Shown here: one piece after another, positions 10,563 through 24,235 of the stretch
Position numbering within the stretch: position 1 is the first letter of the stretch
Layout of the letters: each line of letters opens with the position of its first letter
Assembly: GCF_030013595.1 (NCBI RefSeq)
Contig: NZ_CP122768.1
Direction: 5' to 3' (one strand)
DNA: 64,000 bases
DNA from: Escherichia coli
GTDB lineage: Bacteria; Pseudomonadota; Gammaproteobacteria; Enterobacterales; Enterobacteriaceae
Program-made: the position numbers and the translations under genes
Notes under the pieces: model-generated
The model's database searches: none
Told to the model about the DNA's origin: nothing
What the model saw: the letters and a program-made list of their open reading frames with translations, nothing else

Positions 10563-10989
10563 ACCGGACTCCTCCTGCGATCCCTTCTGATACTGTCATC
10601 AGCATTACGTCATCCTCCGTCATGTCCGCCACATCCGGGGAAACGGGGATAACTTCATTCACGTCCGGGCCAAAGCGGACGCCTCCGGCAAGCCCTGCCG
10701 CTTTCTGCATCAGCACATCATCTTCAGGCTCTTCGTCAGCCTCACGCCGGTTCAGCAGACTGAAATCCAGCGGATGCATATCCGGATCGCTGAAAAACAG
10801 GCTGAGCACGGTGTACGTCAGCCCGGAAAAGTGCATATCCAGCAGAACATCATGAAAATAATGGGTACTGTAAAAGCGGTGCCAGTCGGCATACTCCGTG
10901 GATGACATCCCGGCAAGCATGGCACGCCAGTCGGGTCGCCCCATCTCGCGCGCCAGTTTCAGGGCAAAGCTCAGCTCACCGTCGAACAC
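10555..10989 (-). CDS. T: tail assembly chaperone T reading frame (made as gpG-T fusion by -1 frameshift)
   Basis: 144-codon frame overlapping 3' end of G; slippery heptamer at the overlap. Confidence 0.8.
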   Translation of the reverse strand: MFDGELSFALKLAREMGRPDWRAMLAGMSSTEYADWHRFYSTHYFHDVLLDMHFSGLTYTVLSLFFSDPDMHPLDFSLLNRREADEEPEDDVLMQKAAGLAGGVRFGPDVNEVIPVSPDVADMTEDDVMLMTVSEGIAGGVRYG

Positions 10990-11393
10990 TTTCCCGCAGA
11001 AACAGGCTCTGCAGGCCCGGCGTCCTCTGCCTGTTCAGGGGCATCATTCACCACAAACTCATACATACCGGACAGCCGGTACACCACGTTTTCAGCATGA
11101 GAAATTGCCTCTGTGGGCCAGGTGGTAAGCACTTCCTGCTCAATCTGTTTAACGGCTTCATTCATGGAAGGCTGCTTTGTCTTCTGCGGATGGTTATGCC
11201 ACAGGGACATAGCCACCACAAAAGCACCGGTTCTGATGGCGTCTTCCACAGTAAACTTCCGGTTGCTGTCTGACTCCGCCTGTTCTGCCTGCCGTTTCAT
11301 CAGGGCGAGATGCTCAATACGCTGCAGGGCTGACAGTTCAGAAAGCGTGACGGTCACGCCGTTATGTTCAAATGATTCGGTTTTCAGGAACAT
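10971..11393 (-). CDS. G: tail assembly chaperone G
   Basis: 140 aa, λ order and size. Confidence 0.85.
   Translation of the reverse strand: MFLKTESFEHNGVTVTLSELSALQRIEHLALMKRQAEQAESDSNRKFTVEDAIRTGAFVVAMSLWHNHPQKTKQPSMNEAVKQIEQEVLTTWPTEAISHAENVVYRLSGMYEFVVNDAPEQAEDAGPAEPVSAGKCSTVS
10989..10995 (-). other. G-T programmed -1 frameshift slippery site (GGGAAAG)
   Basis: Heptamer GGGAAAG on minus strand at the G/T overlap. Confidence 0.6.
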
Positions 11394-11408
11394 CGCTGAC
11401 TCTCCGGA

Positions 11409-12149
11409 TTAACTGTCGGTGACAGTGATTTCTGCAACCGCAGCAAGTTCACCATTACCGGATACAACCGGAATGTTGACCTTACCTGCAGCAACGCCTT
11501 TCACGGTGATGGTCATACCACTGACCGACACGGTGGCTTTTGTTTTATCCGCAGACACCGCACGAAAGCTCTTGTCGGTTACGCCCTCCGGCTGGAAGGC
11601 CACGGTCAGCGTGGTGCTCTGCCCTTTCACCACCGAGGTGCTGGCAGGCGTCACGGTCATGCCGGTTGCCGCTGTTACCGTGCTGCGATCTTCTGCCATC
11701 GACGGACGTCCCACATTGGTGACTTTCACCGTGCGGGTGATCACTTCCTTCGCCGTCACCGCCTTACCGATACTGCTGACCCAGCCACGGAACACATCGA
11801 CCGTGCCGTTCGGGAAGCGGATTTTATAGGCACGGGTATCGCCTTCATTAAACCACGCCAGCAGCGCCTGCTGCCCCTGCTCTCCGGGCATCCACGCCAG
11901 CGTGAAGCTGGTATCTCCGGCAGATTTCTGCCCCTGCCCGGTCGCAGTCCAGTCTGCATCTTCATCATCGAGATAGCTGTCGTCATAGGACTCAGCGGTC
12001 AGTTCGCCGGGCGTCAGGTCTTTAACTTTTGCCAGACGCGACCAGTCAACGTCTGAAAGCGGATTCGCATAAGGGTCACCGCTCCCCTTATAAACCCACA
12101 GGGTGGTCCCGGCACCTTTCACCGGCATTACAGGATTTGGTACAGGCAT
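11409..12149 (-). CDS. V: major tail tube protein V (C-terminal Ig-like domain)
   Basis: Start set at MPVPNP (track start minus 30 nt); 246 aa as λ gpV. Confidence 0.9.
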   Translation of the reverse strand: MPVPNPVMPVKGAGTTLWVYKGSGDPYANPLSDVDWSRLAKVKDLTPGELTAESYDDSYLDDEDADWTATGQGQKSAGDTSFTLAWMPGEQGQQALLAWFNEGDTRAYKIRFPNGTVDVFRGWVSSIGKAVTAKEVITRTVKVTNVGRPSMAEDRSTVTAATGMTVTPASTSVVKGQSTTLTVAFQPEGVTDKSFRAVSADKTKATVSVSGMTITVKGVAAGKVNIPVVSGNGELAAVAEITVTDS

Positions 12150-12156
12150 AGCGTCC

Positions 12157-12552
12157 TCACATTTCATAGGTAATGACATAAGTCAGATCGGCTGAACTCC
12201 ACAGGCCCGCATCATCGTCGCGCCGGTAGTCATAGCCGCTGGCCACCATACTGGTGATCAAATCTGACAGTGCCGGGATATCGCTCATCACCGGATAAAT
12301 CCGGGACTCCATCCACGCATCCAGCTCTGAATCCGGCACCTGAGCAGGCAGGAAAACTTCGATATGCAGCTCCGCCTGCCAGGTATCGCTGTCCAGCTCT
12401 TCGCCCGTGTATTCAGCGCCGGTGAGATAAACGGCAACTGCCGGAAAATCCGCCTCATCAAAAACAGCGGGGCGACCATCAAAAAACGTCGCCCCGGTGT
12501 CATGCTTCTCCAGTGCATCCAGTACGGCTGCACGGAGTTCAGTATGTTTCAT
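12157..12552 (-). CDS. U: tail terminator protein U
   Basis: 131 aa, λ order and size. Confidence 0.9.
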   Translation of the reverse strand: MKHTELRAAVLDALEKHDTGATFFDGRPAVFDEADFPAVAVYLTGAEYTGEELDSDTWQAELHIEVFLPAQVPDSELDAWMESRIYPVMSDIPALSDLITSMVASGYDYRRDDDAGLWSSADLTYVITYEM

Positions 12553-13127
12553 CGCTTTATTACCATCCTCAGTTGATGCTGCAGCGCATAGCCCAGCTCT
12601 TTCGGAAGACGTTCACGCCGTATCCGCTCAATATTTTGTTTAAACGCCGTGGTCAGCGGCACCGCCATCGGGATTTTCACCACATCAATGGGGTAACGGT
12701 TTTTCCCGGCCACACGCTGCATGACATGCCACCGGCCATTTTTCAGTTGCTGAATAAACGCGCCGGGAATACGACGGTTTCCCACCACAAGCACGCTGCC
12801 GCCACCTTTCAGGGCTGAACGCTGCCCCTTTTTACGACGCCTGCGTCGGGACAGGACAATCCGCGCGTTACCCAGCTTTATTACGGGCAAATCCCCCCGG
12901 TTAACCTTGATTCTGGCCTGCGGATTTTTGACCGTGGCCCTTTTCAGCCTGGCCCTTTCCTTTACCAGTTTCCGGCGTACCTTTGTCTCACGGGCAACCT
13001 GTGACGCCGACTGCGATATCGCGGATGAAGCAACGCGGTTAATGGCCATTGCGGCGGCACCGGGCACCGCCGTTCTGCTGATACGGCTGAGGTTTTCAAC
13101 GGCCTGCTCAAGACCTTTTATGGCCAT
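12549..13127 (-). CDS. Z: tail completion protein Z
   Basis: 192 aa, λ order and size. Confidence 0.9.
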   Translation of the reverse strand: MAIKGLEQAVENLSRISRTAVPGAAAMAINRVASSAISQSASQVARETKVRRKLVKERARLKRATVKNPQARIKVNRGDLPVIKLGNARIVLSRRRRRKKGQRSALKGGGSVLVVGNRRIPGAFIQQLKNGRWHVMQRVAGKNRYPIDVVKIPMAVPLTTAFKQNIERIRRERLPKELGYALQHQLRMVIKR

Positions 13128-13138
13128 ACATCCCCCTT

Positions 13139-13492
13139 TCAGCGGCGACGGTTAACGGCAGGCGGTACGCCCCGCCCAAGCCAGAGATGACAGCTTCCGC
13201 CATCATCCGGCGAAATCCGGTCCACCCAGAAGTTTTCCTCGCCGATGGTCAGTGTGTCTCCACGCCGCAGCTGCCGCACATCATCAGTCCGGACAAACAG
13301 GGACGGGCTGGAGCCTTCAACGCGCACCCCCTGTCCGGCATAGCTGATATTTTCAGGGTCATCAAAAACACCACGTATCACAGCACCGGACAGCTCACCG
13401 GATGTCATGGTGGCTGACGTTCCCATGTACCCGCGTATCGTTTCATCGGCGCGGGCAATGGCAGCATCGAACAGGTTATCGGAATCAGCCAC
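13139..13492 (-). CDS. FII: head-tail connector protein FII
   Basis: 117 aa, λ order and size. Confidence 0.9.
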   Translation of the reverse strand: MADSDNLFDAAIARADETIRGYMGTSATMTSGELSGAVIRGVFDDPENISYAGQGVRVEGSSPSLFVRTDDVRQLRRGDTLTIGEENFWVDRISPDDGGSCHLWLGRGVPPAVNRRR

Positions 13493-13503
13493 AGCGCCTC
13501 CCG

Positions 13504-13899
13504 TTATTGCATTCTGGCCAGGCCATGTTCTGTCATTTCGGCTGCCACACCGGCAGAGACACGAAACGCCGTTCCCGGCAGCACAAATGCCACAGGCTCA
13601 TCCCGCGTGGCGTGAAGTGCATCAGTATGCAGCGTCACCAGTGCCACGACCGTGACCAGAGCAGCCGTATCAATCACGGTATCCGGCTGCGCTGATACCA
13701 CCTCATTTTCATGCCCGGTCAGCGCATTTTCCGGGCTGACAGATGTGTCCTGACCGGCAGCGTCATCCGTGTCATCAAGCTCCTCTTCCAGCTCTGCCAC
13801 ACGGAGTGCCAGTTCTTCTTTCGTCCCCGTCAGGCTGACATCACGGTTCAGTTGCTCACCCAGCACCTGAAGACGGGCAATCAGTTCATCTTTCGTCAT
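13504..13899 (-). CDS. FI: DNA packaging protein FI
   Basis: Start at MTKDELIARL (track start minus 39 nt); 132 aa. Confidence 0.85.
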   Translation of the reverse strand: MTKDELIARLQVLGEQLNRDVSLTGTKEELALRVAELEEELDDTDDAAGQDTSVSPENALTGHENEVVSAQPDTVIDTAALVTVVALVTLHTDALHATRDEPVAFVLPGTAFRVSAGVAAEMTEHGLARMQ

Positions 13900-13940
13900 G
13901 GACTCCTCCACAGAGAGAAAATGGCCCCGAAGGGCCATGA

Positions 13941-14966
13941 TTACGCCAGTTGTACGGACACGAACGCATCAGGGTCAGCCAGCAGCATCAGCGGTGCTGA
14001 CTGAATCATGGTGAACTCACGCGCCGGATCGCCGGTGGTCACCCAGTTTTTCGGGTAGCGGGCAGAGGCGTTAATACCTTCGCGCTGTGCGTCCGCATCC
14101 TGAATGCAGCCATAGGTGCGCAGACCGCGTGCCTGAGTGTTCCCCAGCACCATCGTGTTGTCCGGAAGGAAGTTCTTTTTGACGTCGTTTTCCACATACT
14201 GTCCGGAATACACGACGATCGCCGTATCGCCATACATCCCCTTATAGGACACCGCTTCGCCCAGGTCTTTTACCGCTGTCTCCAGCTCGGAATTAGAGCC
14301 GCGACGGGTATCCAGCTTCTCCCTGACGGCTTTGAAGGAACGGAACAGCGCCCAGCCTTTCGGATCAAACACGATGATATTCACCACACCGCTGGCGTTC
14401 AGCGCGTAGGCTTCGATATCGTCGGTCGGGTCATACGTGGACTTGTCACGCTTGCTCCACTCCGTACCGCCGGACTGCGTGATGTTGTTCGCCACACTGC
14501 GGCCCATATCCACTTCAACCGGATCGAAGGCTTCACCGGTCATGGTGTATTTGCCCTTAAGCACGGCAGAAACTGCCTGCATCTCTTCGACCTGAGCAAT
14601 GGCCAGCTCTTCGTCTCGCATGTTCTGCAGGATGATGCGACGGCGGCGGTAAGCCGGGTCCGCCAGATTCTGTGGATCTTCATCCGGCAGGCGACGCAGG
14701 GTCATCTGCGGATTCACCTCATGCTTGGGTTTGACATATCCCGGTGTAAATTCAGAGGTGGAGCCGCCACGGGAGCGGATAACCTCACCGGAAACAATCG
14801 GCGAAACGTACAGCGCCATGTTTACCAGTCCCGGAATTTGTGAGAGATAGACTTTCTCCGTGGTGAAGGGATAGCTCTCACGGAAAAAGAGACGCAGAAA
14901 CAGCGGATCAAACTTAAATTTCTTCTCATTTGCCGCCAGCAGCTGGGCGGTTGTGTACATCGACAT
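13941..14966 (-). CDS. E: major capsid protein E
   Basis: Start at MSMYTTAQ (track minus 27 nt); 341 aa λ gpE-like. Confidence 0.9.
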   Translation of the reverse strand: MSMYTTAQLLAANEKKFKFDPLFLRLFFRESYPFTTEKVYLSQIPGLVNMALYVSPIVSGEVIRSRGGSTSEFTPGYVKPKHEVNPQMTLRRLPDEDPQNLADPAYRRRRIILQNMRDEELAIAQVEEMQAVSAVLKGKYTMTGEAFDPVEVDMGRSVANNITQSGGTEWSKRDKSTYDPTDDIEAYALNASGVVNIIVFDPKGWALFRSFKAVREKLDTRRGSNSELETAVKDLGEAVSYKGMYGDTAIVVYSGQYVENDVKKNFLPDNTMVLGNTQARGLRTYGCIQDADAQREGINASARYPKNWVTTGDPAREFTMIQSAPLMLLADPDAFVSVQLA

Positions 14967-15021
14967 AAAAAAATCCCGTAAAAAAAGCCGCACAGGCGGC
15001 CTTTAGTGATGAAGGGTAAGG

Positions 15022-15354
15022 TTAAACGATGCTGATTGCCGTTCCGGCAAACGCGGTCCGTTTTTTCGTCTCGTCGCTGGCAGCCTCCGGCCAGAGCACA
15101 TCCTCATAACGGAACGTGCCGGACTTGTAGTACGTCAGCGTGGTGCTGGTCTGGTCAGCATCAACCGCCAGAATGCCAACGGCAGCACCGTCGGTGGTGC
15201 CATCCCACGCAACCAGCTTACGGGTGGAGGTATCCAGCATCAGCGGGGTCATTGCAGGCGCTTTCGCACTCAATCCGCCGGGCGCGGTTGCCGTATGTGC
15301 CGGGTCACTGTTGCCCAGCGGCTGGTAATGGGTAAAGGTTTCTTTGCTCGTCAT
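15022..15354 (-). CDS. D: capsid decoration protein D
   Basis: Start at MTSKETF; 110 aa. Confidence 0.9.
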   Translation of the reverse strand: MTSKETFTHYQPLGNSDPAHTATAPGGLSAKAPAMTPLMLDTSTRKLVAWDGTTDGAAVGILAVDADQTSTTLTYYKSGTFRYEDVLWPEAASDETKKRTAFAGTAISIV

Positions 15355-15363
15355 AAACATCCC

Positions 15364-16663
15364 TTACACTGGTGTGTTCAGCAAATCGTTAACGGCATCA
15401 GATGCCGGGTTACCTGCAGCCAGCGGTGCCGGTGCCCCCTGCATCAGACGATCCAGCGCAGTGTCACTGCGCGCCTGTGCACTCTGTGGTGCAGCTGCCA
15501 GAATGCGGCGGGCCGTTTCCACGGTCATACCGGGGGTTTCGGCCAGCACGCGTGCCTGTTCTTCACGTCCGTGAGCCTCCTCACAGTTGAGGATCCCCAT
15601 AATGCGACTGTTTTCTGCCGCAACCGCTGCGGTGATCTGCGCGTTTACGTCCGGCTGCGCCGCGCTGGCGTTCTCGCCCTCCGTCGCTTGCACCACGCCA
15701 GTAACGTCAGCCTGCGAAGCAGTGGCTGAAACAGTTGTTGATTGAGTCTCTTTGGTCATTCGCCCTCCTGAGAGACGGGATTTACGTGCATCCAGTGCAT
15801 CACGCATGACGGTGATCGCATCGGTACTGTTAACAAGTTCATCAGCCAGTCCGGCATCAATGGCCTCCTGACCGCTGTACACTGCAGCCTCGGTATCCAG
15901 CACAGCCTGCACAGACAGGCCGGTATATGCCGACACCTTCTGTGCAAACATCCGGCGGGTTGCATCCATCCGGGACTGCAGTGTTTCCCGGACATCATCC
16001 GGTAGATGGCTGTAGGGGTTGCCATCCACCTTATGGCTGCCGCTGTAAATCAGCGTGATTTCCACGCCCTGTTTCTCCAGCGCAGCGCCGTAATTACTGT
16101 GAGCCATCATGACGCCGATGGAGCCTGTCCGGGCGGTCTGCGTGACCAGACGCCGGGAGGCGGCACTGGCAAGCAGCTGACCTGCGCTGCAGTTCATGTC
16201 ATTGGCCAGCGCCCATACCGGCTTTATGTCACGCACACGGGCGATGATGTCAGCGCAGTCAAATGCCCCCGCCACCATTCCGCCTGGCGTATCCATATCG
16301 AGCAGAATGCCGTCCACCATCGGGTCACTGGCAGCCTGTTGCAGACGGGCGATAATGCCGTTGTAACCGGTCATTCCCGAATACGGCTGCAGCGCCCGCG
16401 TCCGACTGACCAGCGTACCGGACACCGGCAGCACGGCGATGCCGTTCATGACCTGATAACTGCGGGCCTGTCGTGGTCCGTCATCATCACCGGATAACGC
16501 CAGCGCCGCGGGTGCCTCTCCGGCAGTCAGGCTGTCGCCGGATACTGCATCCGTCAGGCGGCTGATCCCAAGCTGGCCTGCAAGCGCACAAAAGAAAACC
16601 CGCGCATAGGCGGGTTCAAGCATCAGCGGCTCATTAAAAGCCATGCTGGCAATATGCGGGAGA

Positions 16664-16683
<20 letters not shown>
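15364..16683 (-). CDS. C: capsid assembly protease C (scaffold Nu3 nested in-frame in 3' part)
   Basis: S49/ClpP-like sequence; start at VTAELRNL codon (GTG) giving 20-nt overlap with B as in λ. Confidence 0.85.
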
Positions 16684-20364
<3,681 letters not shown>

Positions 20365-20390
<26 letters not shown>

Positions 20391-20910
20391 TCAGCAACCC
20401 CGGTATCAGTTCATCCAGCGCGGCTGCTTTGTTCATGGCTTTGATGATATCCCGTTTCAGGAAATCAACATGTCGGTTTTCCAGTTCCGGAAAACGCCGC
20501 TGCACCGACAGGGGGATCCCGTCGAGAATACTGGCAATTTCACCTGCGATCCGCGACAGCACGAAAGTACAGAATGCGGTTTCCACCACTTCAGCGGAGT
20601 CTCTGGCATTCTTCAGTTCCTGTGCGTCGGCCTGCGCACGCGTAAGTCGATGGCGTTCGTACTCAATAGTCCCTGGCTGGAGATCTGCCTCGCTGGCCGC
20701 CCTGTAATCCTCAACCTCTTTACGGAGTTTTTCATTTTCGATATCAGCTTCCCTCTGCGCATACCACTGAATTGCCATGGCGGTATCAAATACAGATTCA
20801 ACGCCCTTACCACCTCCGGAGACGCAAGGGAGTCCCTGAGACTGCCAGCGTTCAATCGTTCGCGGATCCACGTTGAAAATTTCGGCAAGTTTCTTTTTAT
20901 TAACCTTCAT
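20365..20910 (-). CDS. Nu1: terminase small subunit Nu1
   Basis: 181 aa, N-terminal HTH, λ Nu1-like sequence. Confidence 0.9.
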
Positions 20911-21059
20911 GAAACAGTCTCACAATAAATACAGGGTCCGACATGAAAGTGCCCGAAAATGACTTTTTTATGCGTTTTCATGTCGGACCTTTTACGGATT
21001 CGATATTAGAAAAAACAAATAGTTATGTTCGAGAAGTACCGACATGATTTTCCCCGGAA

Positions 21060-21110
21060 AATTTTCATAAATAGCGAAAACCCGCGAGGTCGCCGCCCCG
21101 TAACCTGTTG
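21060..21110. other. cos: cos site (cosN 12-nt cohesive end about 21087-21098, revcomp of GGGCGGCGACCT) with flanking cosB/cosQ
   Basis: Sequence cgcgaggtcgccgccc matches the λ left-end cohesive sequence in reverse orientation, just upstream of Nu1. Confidence 0.8.
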
Positions 21111-21252
21111 GATCGACGGAAAGGACCCGTAAATGAGATGCTTTGTTGTTTTCTTGTTGGCTGTTCAACTACATGCAAGCATATGGCATAATATTTAATT
21201 GATAATCTAATAGTTATAAAAACTTGCCCCAAAACCTTAACGGAGACTAAGA

Positions 21253-21945
21253 ATGTCCAGAGAAGGAACGTTAGATTTATTGCAAGAAGTTGAAGAAACC
21301 GTTGAAATATTAAAAGATACGCAACAAATAAAACCAGTAAAGGTTAAATCAATACTTGAAAATTTAAGAAGCGCATTAGAATACGTTGCGAATGATAGTT
21401 ATGAAAAACATACCACTAACCAATCAACCCCTCGGCCAAAAATTTATTTCCCATACGGCGAGAAAAAATTTTTAGATGCTTTCTTTATTAAAAAATTAAA
21501 CTGCCAGCAACCTGAATTATCTCCATTATATGCAGTTTTTGTTTCAATCCAAGACTATCAAACTGGTAATAACTGGCTTGGAATGATGTGTAACCTCACG
21601 AACGAAGCAAAACATAGGCAACCAATCCCATTGAGTGAAGATAGTATTGTTCGAGGAATAGATGTTAATATCAATGGGTTTGGATTAATTAAGGCAGATG
21701 CTACATCAAAAATCATTTTCAGAGATAATTTCACCAATGGACAGAGAATTGAAGACTTCACCATTGAAAATGGTAAAGTTGAAAAATCAGGGAACGGAAT
21801 ACCCATCAATATTAACATGACCGAAGAGAAAAAAATAAGATTCCACGGTACAGATTATGAGGTTATTCCTTTTGTAGAGTTATGTCTAAAAGAAATAAGA
21901 GATTTTGTTAATGAAGCATATGAAATTTTAGATGCCATTGAATAA
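21253..21945 (+). CDS. hypothetical protein (230 aa), AT-rich accessory gene in the bor slot
   Basis: Long ORF with GGAG RBS, candidate TTCAAC-N17-CATAAT promoter upstream, strongly AT-rich codons, opposite strand to lysis genes; no motif recognised. Confidence 0.7.
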   Translation: MSREGTLDLLQEVEETVEILKDTQQIKPVKVKSILENLRSALEYVANDSYEKHTTNQSTPRPKIYFPYGEKKFLDAFFIKKLNCQQPELSPLYAVFVSIQDYQTGNNWLGMMCNLTNEAKHRQPIPLSEDSIVRGIDVNINGFGLIKADATSKIIFRDNFTNGQRIEDFTIENGKVEKSGNGIPININMTEEKKIRFHGTDYEVIPFVELCLKEIRDFVNEAYEILDAIE

Positions 21946-22040
21946 TAATGATTAAGTAACATGGCAGGTAATCTATTTAAACCGGCCATGTTACAAATCA
22001 TTGACGTAGAGAAAAAATGTAAAGTATATCCTTTATATAC

Positions 22041-22562
22041 TCAATTGTAATTTGATGTCCTCACCGACTCATAAACGCGCTCACACGTCATTCCAGCCCG
22101 GTAGCTTTCGTCAGATCGCTCAGCATAATATCGAGCTTCTTCTGCAAGGCGGCCGAGCATGTCGGCGAGCACTGCGGCGTCGGCTCCGGCTGTTTTGCTT
22201 CTGACGGCAGCGGCAAGATCTGCGGTGTGCTTTGCGGCGTCCAGGCGGGCGGCAAGCTTTGTTGCTTCGGTGCGCAGCTGGTTAACAGTGGCAGACAGGC
22301 CAGCAGCAGTGGCAGCAGATTTAGCTGCTTGTGCTTGTGCATCTTTTACAGCCTCATCACGGGCAATTATGCGCCCTTGTTCAATCATGCGGGCTGCGGT
22401 CTGCGCGTTCGCTGTTTGCGATGATTCCGCGCTGTCACGTTCCGCCCACTTTTTTTCCCAACCGCGGCTACACCATATATTTCCAGCGATAAACGCACTG
22501 GTCACTAGTACCGCGGCAACAATAAGCTGGGAGCACAGGCTCACTGGTCTATCCCCCAGCAC
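22041..22562 (-). CDS. Rz: i-spanin Rz
   Basis: N-terminal TM segment, Ala-rich coiled-coil periplasmic region, overlaps 3' end of endolysin gene. Confidence 0.75.
   Translation of the reverse strand: MLGDRPVSLCSQLIVAAVLVTSAFIAGNIWCSRGWEKKWAERDSAESSQTANAQTAARMIEQGRIIARDEAVKDAQAQAAKSAATAAGLSATVNQLRTEATKLAARLDAAKHTADLAAAVRSKTAGADAAVLADMLGRLAEEARYYAERSDESYRAGMTCERVYESVRTSNYN
22088..22342 (-). CDS. Rz1: o-spanin Rz1 (lipoprotein) embedded in +1 frame of Rz
   Basis: Signal peptide with lipobox LLTSC, proline-rich mature region, fully nested within Rz. Confidence 0.7.
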   Translation of the reverse strand: MHKHKQLNLLPLLLACLPLLTSCAPKQQSLPPAWTPQSTPQILPLPSEAKQPEPTPQCSPTCSAALQKKLDIMLSDLTKATGLE

Positions 22563-23074
22563 GTCAACGCGCTTTCCTGATCACGGCGAATAACCTGACC
22601 GTAACAGTTATTTGAACGAATGCGGCAATCACGCCCCCTGTCCTTAATCCACCAGCGAATCGCCTCGCATGCACCTTTACGATCACCAGCATTCAGCCGC
22701 TTATAAAACGTCGACGGAAAACACTTACCGGGGCCAATGTTATAGGGACAAAATGACGCGATACCCGCTTTCTGCGGTTCGGTCAGTGGTACTTTAATAT
22801 TGCGCTCCACCCATGCCAGCGCCTTATCACGTTCAATGGCGTTCACACGGTTGCATTTTTCCCTAGACAACTTCATGCCGGGAACAACAGGCTTACCGTC
22901 CACCAGAATGGCACCACGGCAGATGGTCCAGATACCAGTACCATCACGGTATGCCGTGGTGTGGTTACCTTCTTTTTCGTCCAGAAACTGGTCGAGAATA
23001 TCAGGCGCAGGCGCACCGACGGCAATCAGTGCCAGAACGGCAGCTGACAGGCCGTATTTGATTTTTGCATTCAT
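22541..23074 (-). CDS. R: SAR endolysin (GH24 lysozyme with N-terminal signal-anchor-release domain)
   Basis: E-x8-D-x5-T catalytic triad ([16 protein letters not shown]), Gly/Ala-rich weakly hydrophobic N-terminus; resembles DLP12 RrrD. Confidence 0.9.
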   Translation of the reverse strand: MNAKIKYGLSAAVLALIAVGAPAPDILDQFLDEKEGNHTTAYRDGTGIWTICRGAILVDGKPVVPGMKLSREKCNRVNAIERDKALAWVERNIKVPLTEPQKAGIASFCPYNIGPGKCFPSTFYKRLNAGDRKGACEAIRWWIKDRGRDCRIRSNNCYGQVIRRDQESALTCWGIDQ

Positions 23075-23201
23075 GGATATTTATCAGGATTTATCAGTTT
23101 CTAATCTATAGATATGTTAAGCACTCAGCCCGTCAGTGGTGGATACTGGCGTATGTAATAAAGGGGGGATGGCTGATTACCTCTGATAAGGGAATGTAAC
23201 T

Positions 23202-23498
23202 ATGAACGGTATAGATCCATTCAAACCAATCAGTAAGCAACTTGATGTGGTATTACCACAACTGATAAAACACGACGACCTTCTGGATAAAGTGTTGCCT
23301 TTTTATATTGCTGTTACCGCAAAATTATCAGGTAAAACTCGAGAAGAGGTTCTCAAATATAACATGCTGGCTTTAGAAACAATTTTTGGCTCAGAAAAAG
23401 CGGGAAAATCACCCAAAGAGCTGGCAGAATCTCAATTTGCTTATATGACAAATATAAGAGTATCCGAAATCTTTGATAAGCTACCAGACATTGAATAA
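23202..23498 (+). CDS. hypothetical protein (98 aa), AT-rich, opposite strand inside lysis cassette
   Basis: ORF with AT-rich composition between endolysin and holin genes; no motif recognised. Confidence 0.55.
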   Translation: MNGIDPFKPISKQLDVVLPQLIKHDDLLDKVLPFYIAVTAKLSGKTREEVLKYNMLALETIFGSEKAGKSPKELAESQFAYMTNIRVSEIFDKLPDIE

Positions 23499-23499
23499 T

Positions 23500-23525
23500 T
23501 TCTAAGCGGCAGTAATGCCGCTTTA
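23500..23525. terminator. hairpin between convergent 98-aa and 72-aa genes (possibly bidirectional terminator)
   Basis: agcggca-gtaa-tgccgct stem-loop flanked by T/A runs. Confidence 0.45.
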
Positions 23526-23741
23526 TATTTTTTCAGCCAAATTTTTCAAGAACTGTTTGGCATGTTTTACCGCAGTAACTTCATAATAATCCAAGCCAGC
23601 TCCTTCAAGTCGCTCAAGGGTGATGTTCAGATCAAAAATTTCACCGGCAAAATGTTCTTTGTCCTGTAACGTTAAGATTACCGTAACTTTATTCTCAAAA
23701 TTGCGGATCCCTTTCACAATCAGTTCATAGTTTTGAGTCAT
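23523..23741 (-). CDS. small lysis-region protein (72 aa), YdfR/DUF1327-like by recollection
   Basis: Co-oriented ORF immediately downstream of holin gene; family assignment from memory only. Confidence 0.6.
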   Translation of the reverse strand: MTQNYELIVKGIRNFENKVTVILTLQDKEHFAGEIFDLNITLERLEGAGLDYYEVTAVKHAKQFLKNLAEKI

Positions 23742-23745
23742 TGAA

Positions 23746-23961
23746 TTACTCTCCCCGTGCAGCCTTTCGTCTGTCTTCTCTGATTTTGAAATACAGATTT
23801 GTCAGATAAGTCAAAAAGCCCAGAACTAGACTTCCCAGCACACCAATTGCAGCCCACTGTGACGGACTGACCTGATCCAACCACTGCAAAAACCAGTATC
23901 CCGCACTACCAGCGGATGTTCCGTAGGCAATGCCAGTTGAGATTTTGTCCATTGATTTCAT
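23746..23961 (-). CDS. S: class II holin (S21/EssD-type pinholin, 71 aa, dual-start MKSM)
   Basis: Two TM segments, dual start motif, C-terminal basic tail; matches phage 21 S / DLP12 EssD. Confidence 0.9.
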   Translation of the reverse strand: MKSMDKISTGIAYGTSAGSAGYWFLQWLDQVSPSQWAAIGVLGSLVLGFLTYLTNLYFKIREDRRKAARGE

Positions 23962-24079
23962 AGCAACGCCTCCGCCAGTAACGGATTGCGTAGTTCTTAT
24001 ATTGGGAAGGGAGAAAAAGAAGACCGCAGCATAACTATCACTGATGAATTCAGGATAGCCAGTGGCTACGGCTCAGTTA

Positions 24080-24155
24080 TGGTGCTGGTTAACGGACTTG
24101 AACCGCTACCCATTCGCTTACAAGGCGACCGCTCTACCATTGGAGCTAAACCAGC
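24080..24155 (-). tRNA. tRNA-like gene, anticodon UGU (Thr) by hand folding
   Basis: 76 nt cloverleaf: acceptor GCTGGTT/AACCAGC, D-arm GCTC…GAGC, anticodon loop CTTGTAA, T-loop TTCAAGT, CCA end. Confidence 0.55.
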
Positions 24156-24160
24156 ATATT

Positions 24161-24235
24161 TGGCGGGACAGCGTGGACTCGAACCACGATAAGAAGGTTA
24201 ACAGCCTTCCGTAATGACCTTTATACGACTGACCC
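24161..24235 (-). tRNA. second tRNA-like element, anticodon GUU (Asn?) with imperfect acceptor/D arm; possibly a pseudo-tRNA
   Basis: T-arm CGTGG-TTCGAGT-CCACG, anticodon stem GAAGG/CCTTC loop CTGTTAA, CCA end; one acceptor mismatch. Confidence 0.4.
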
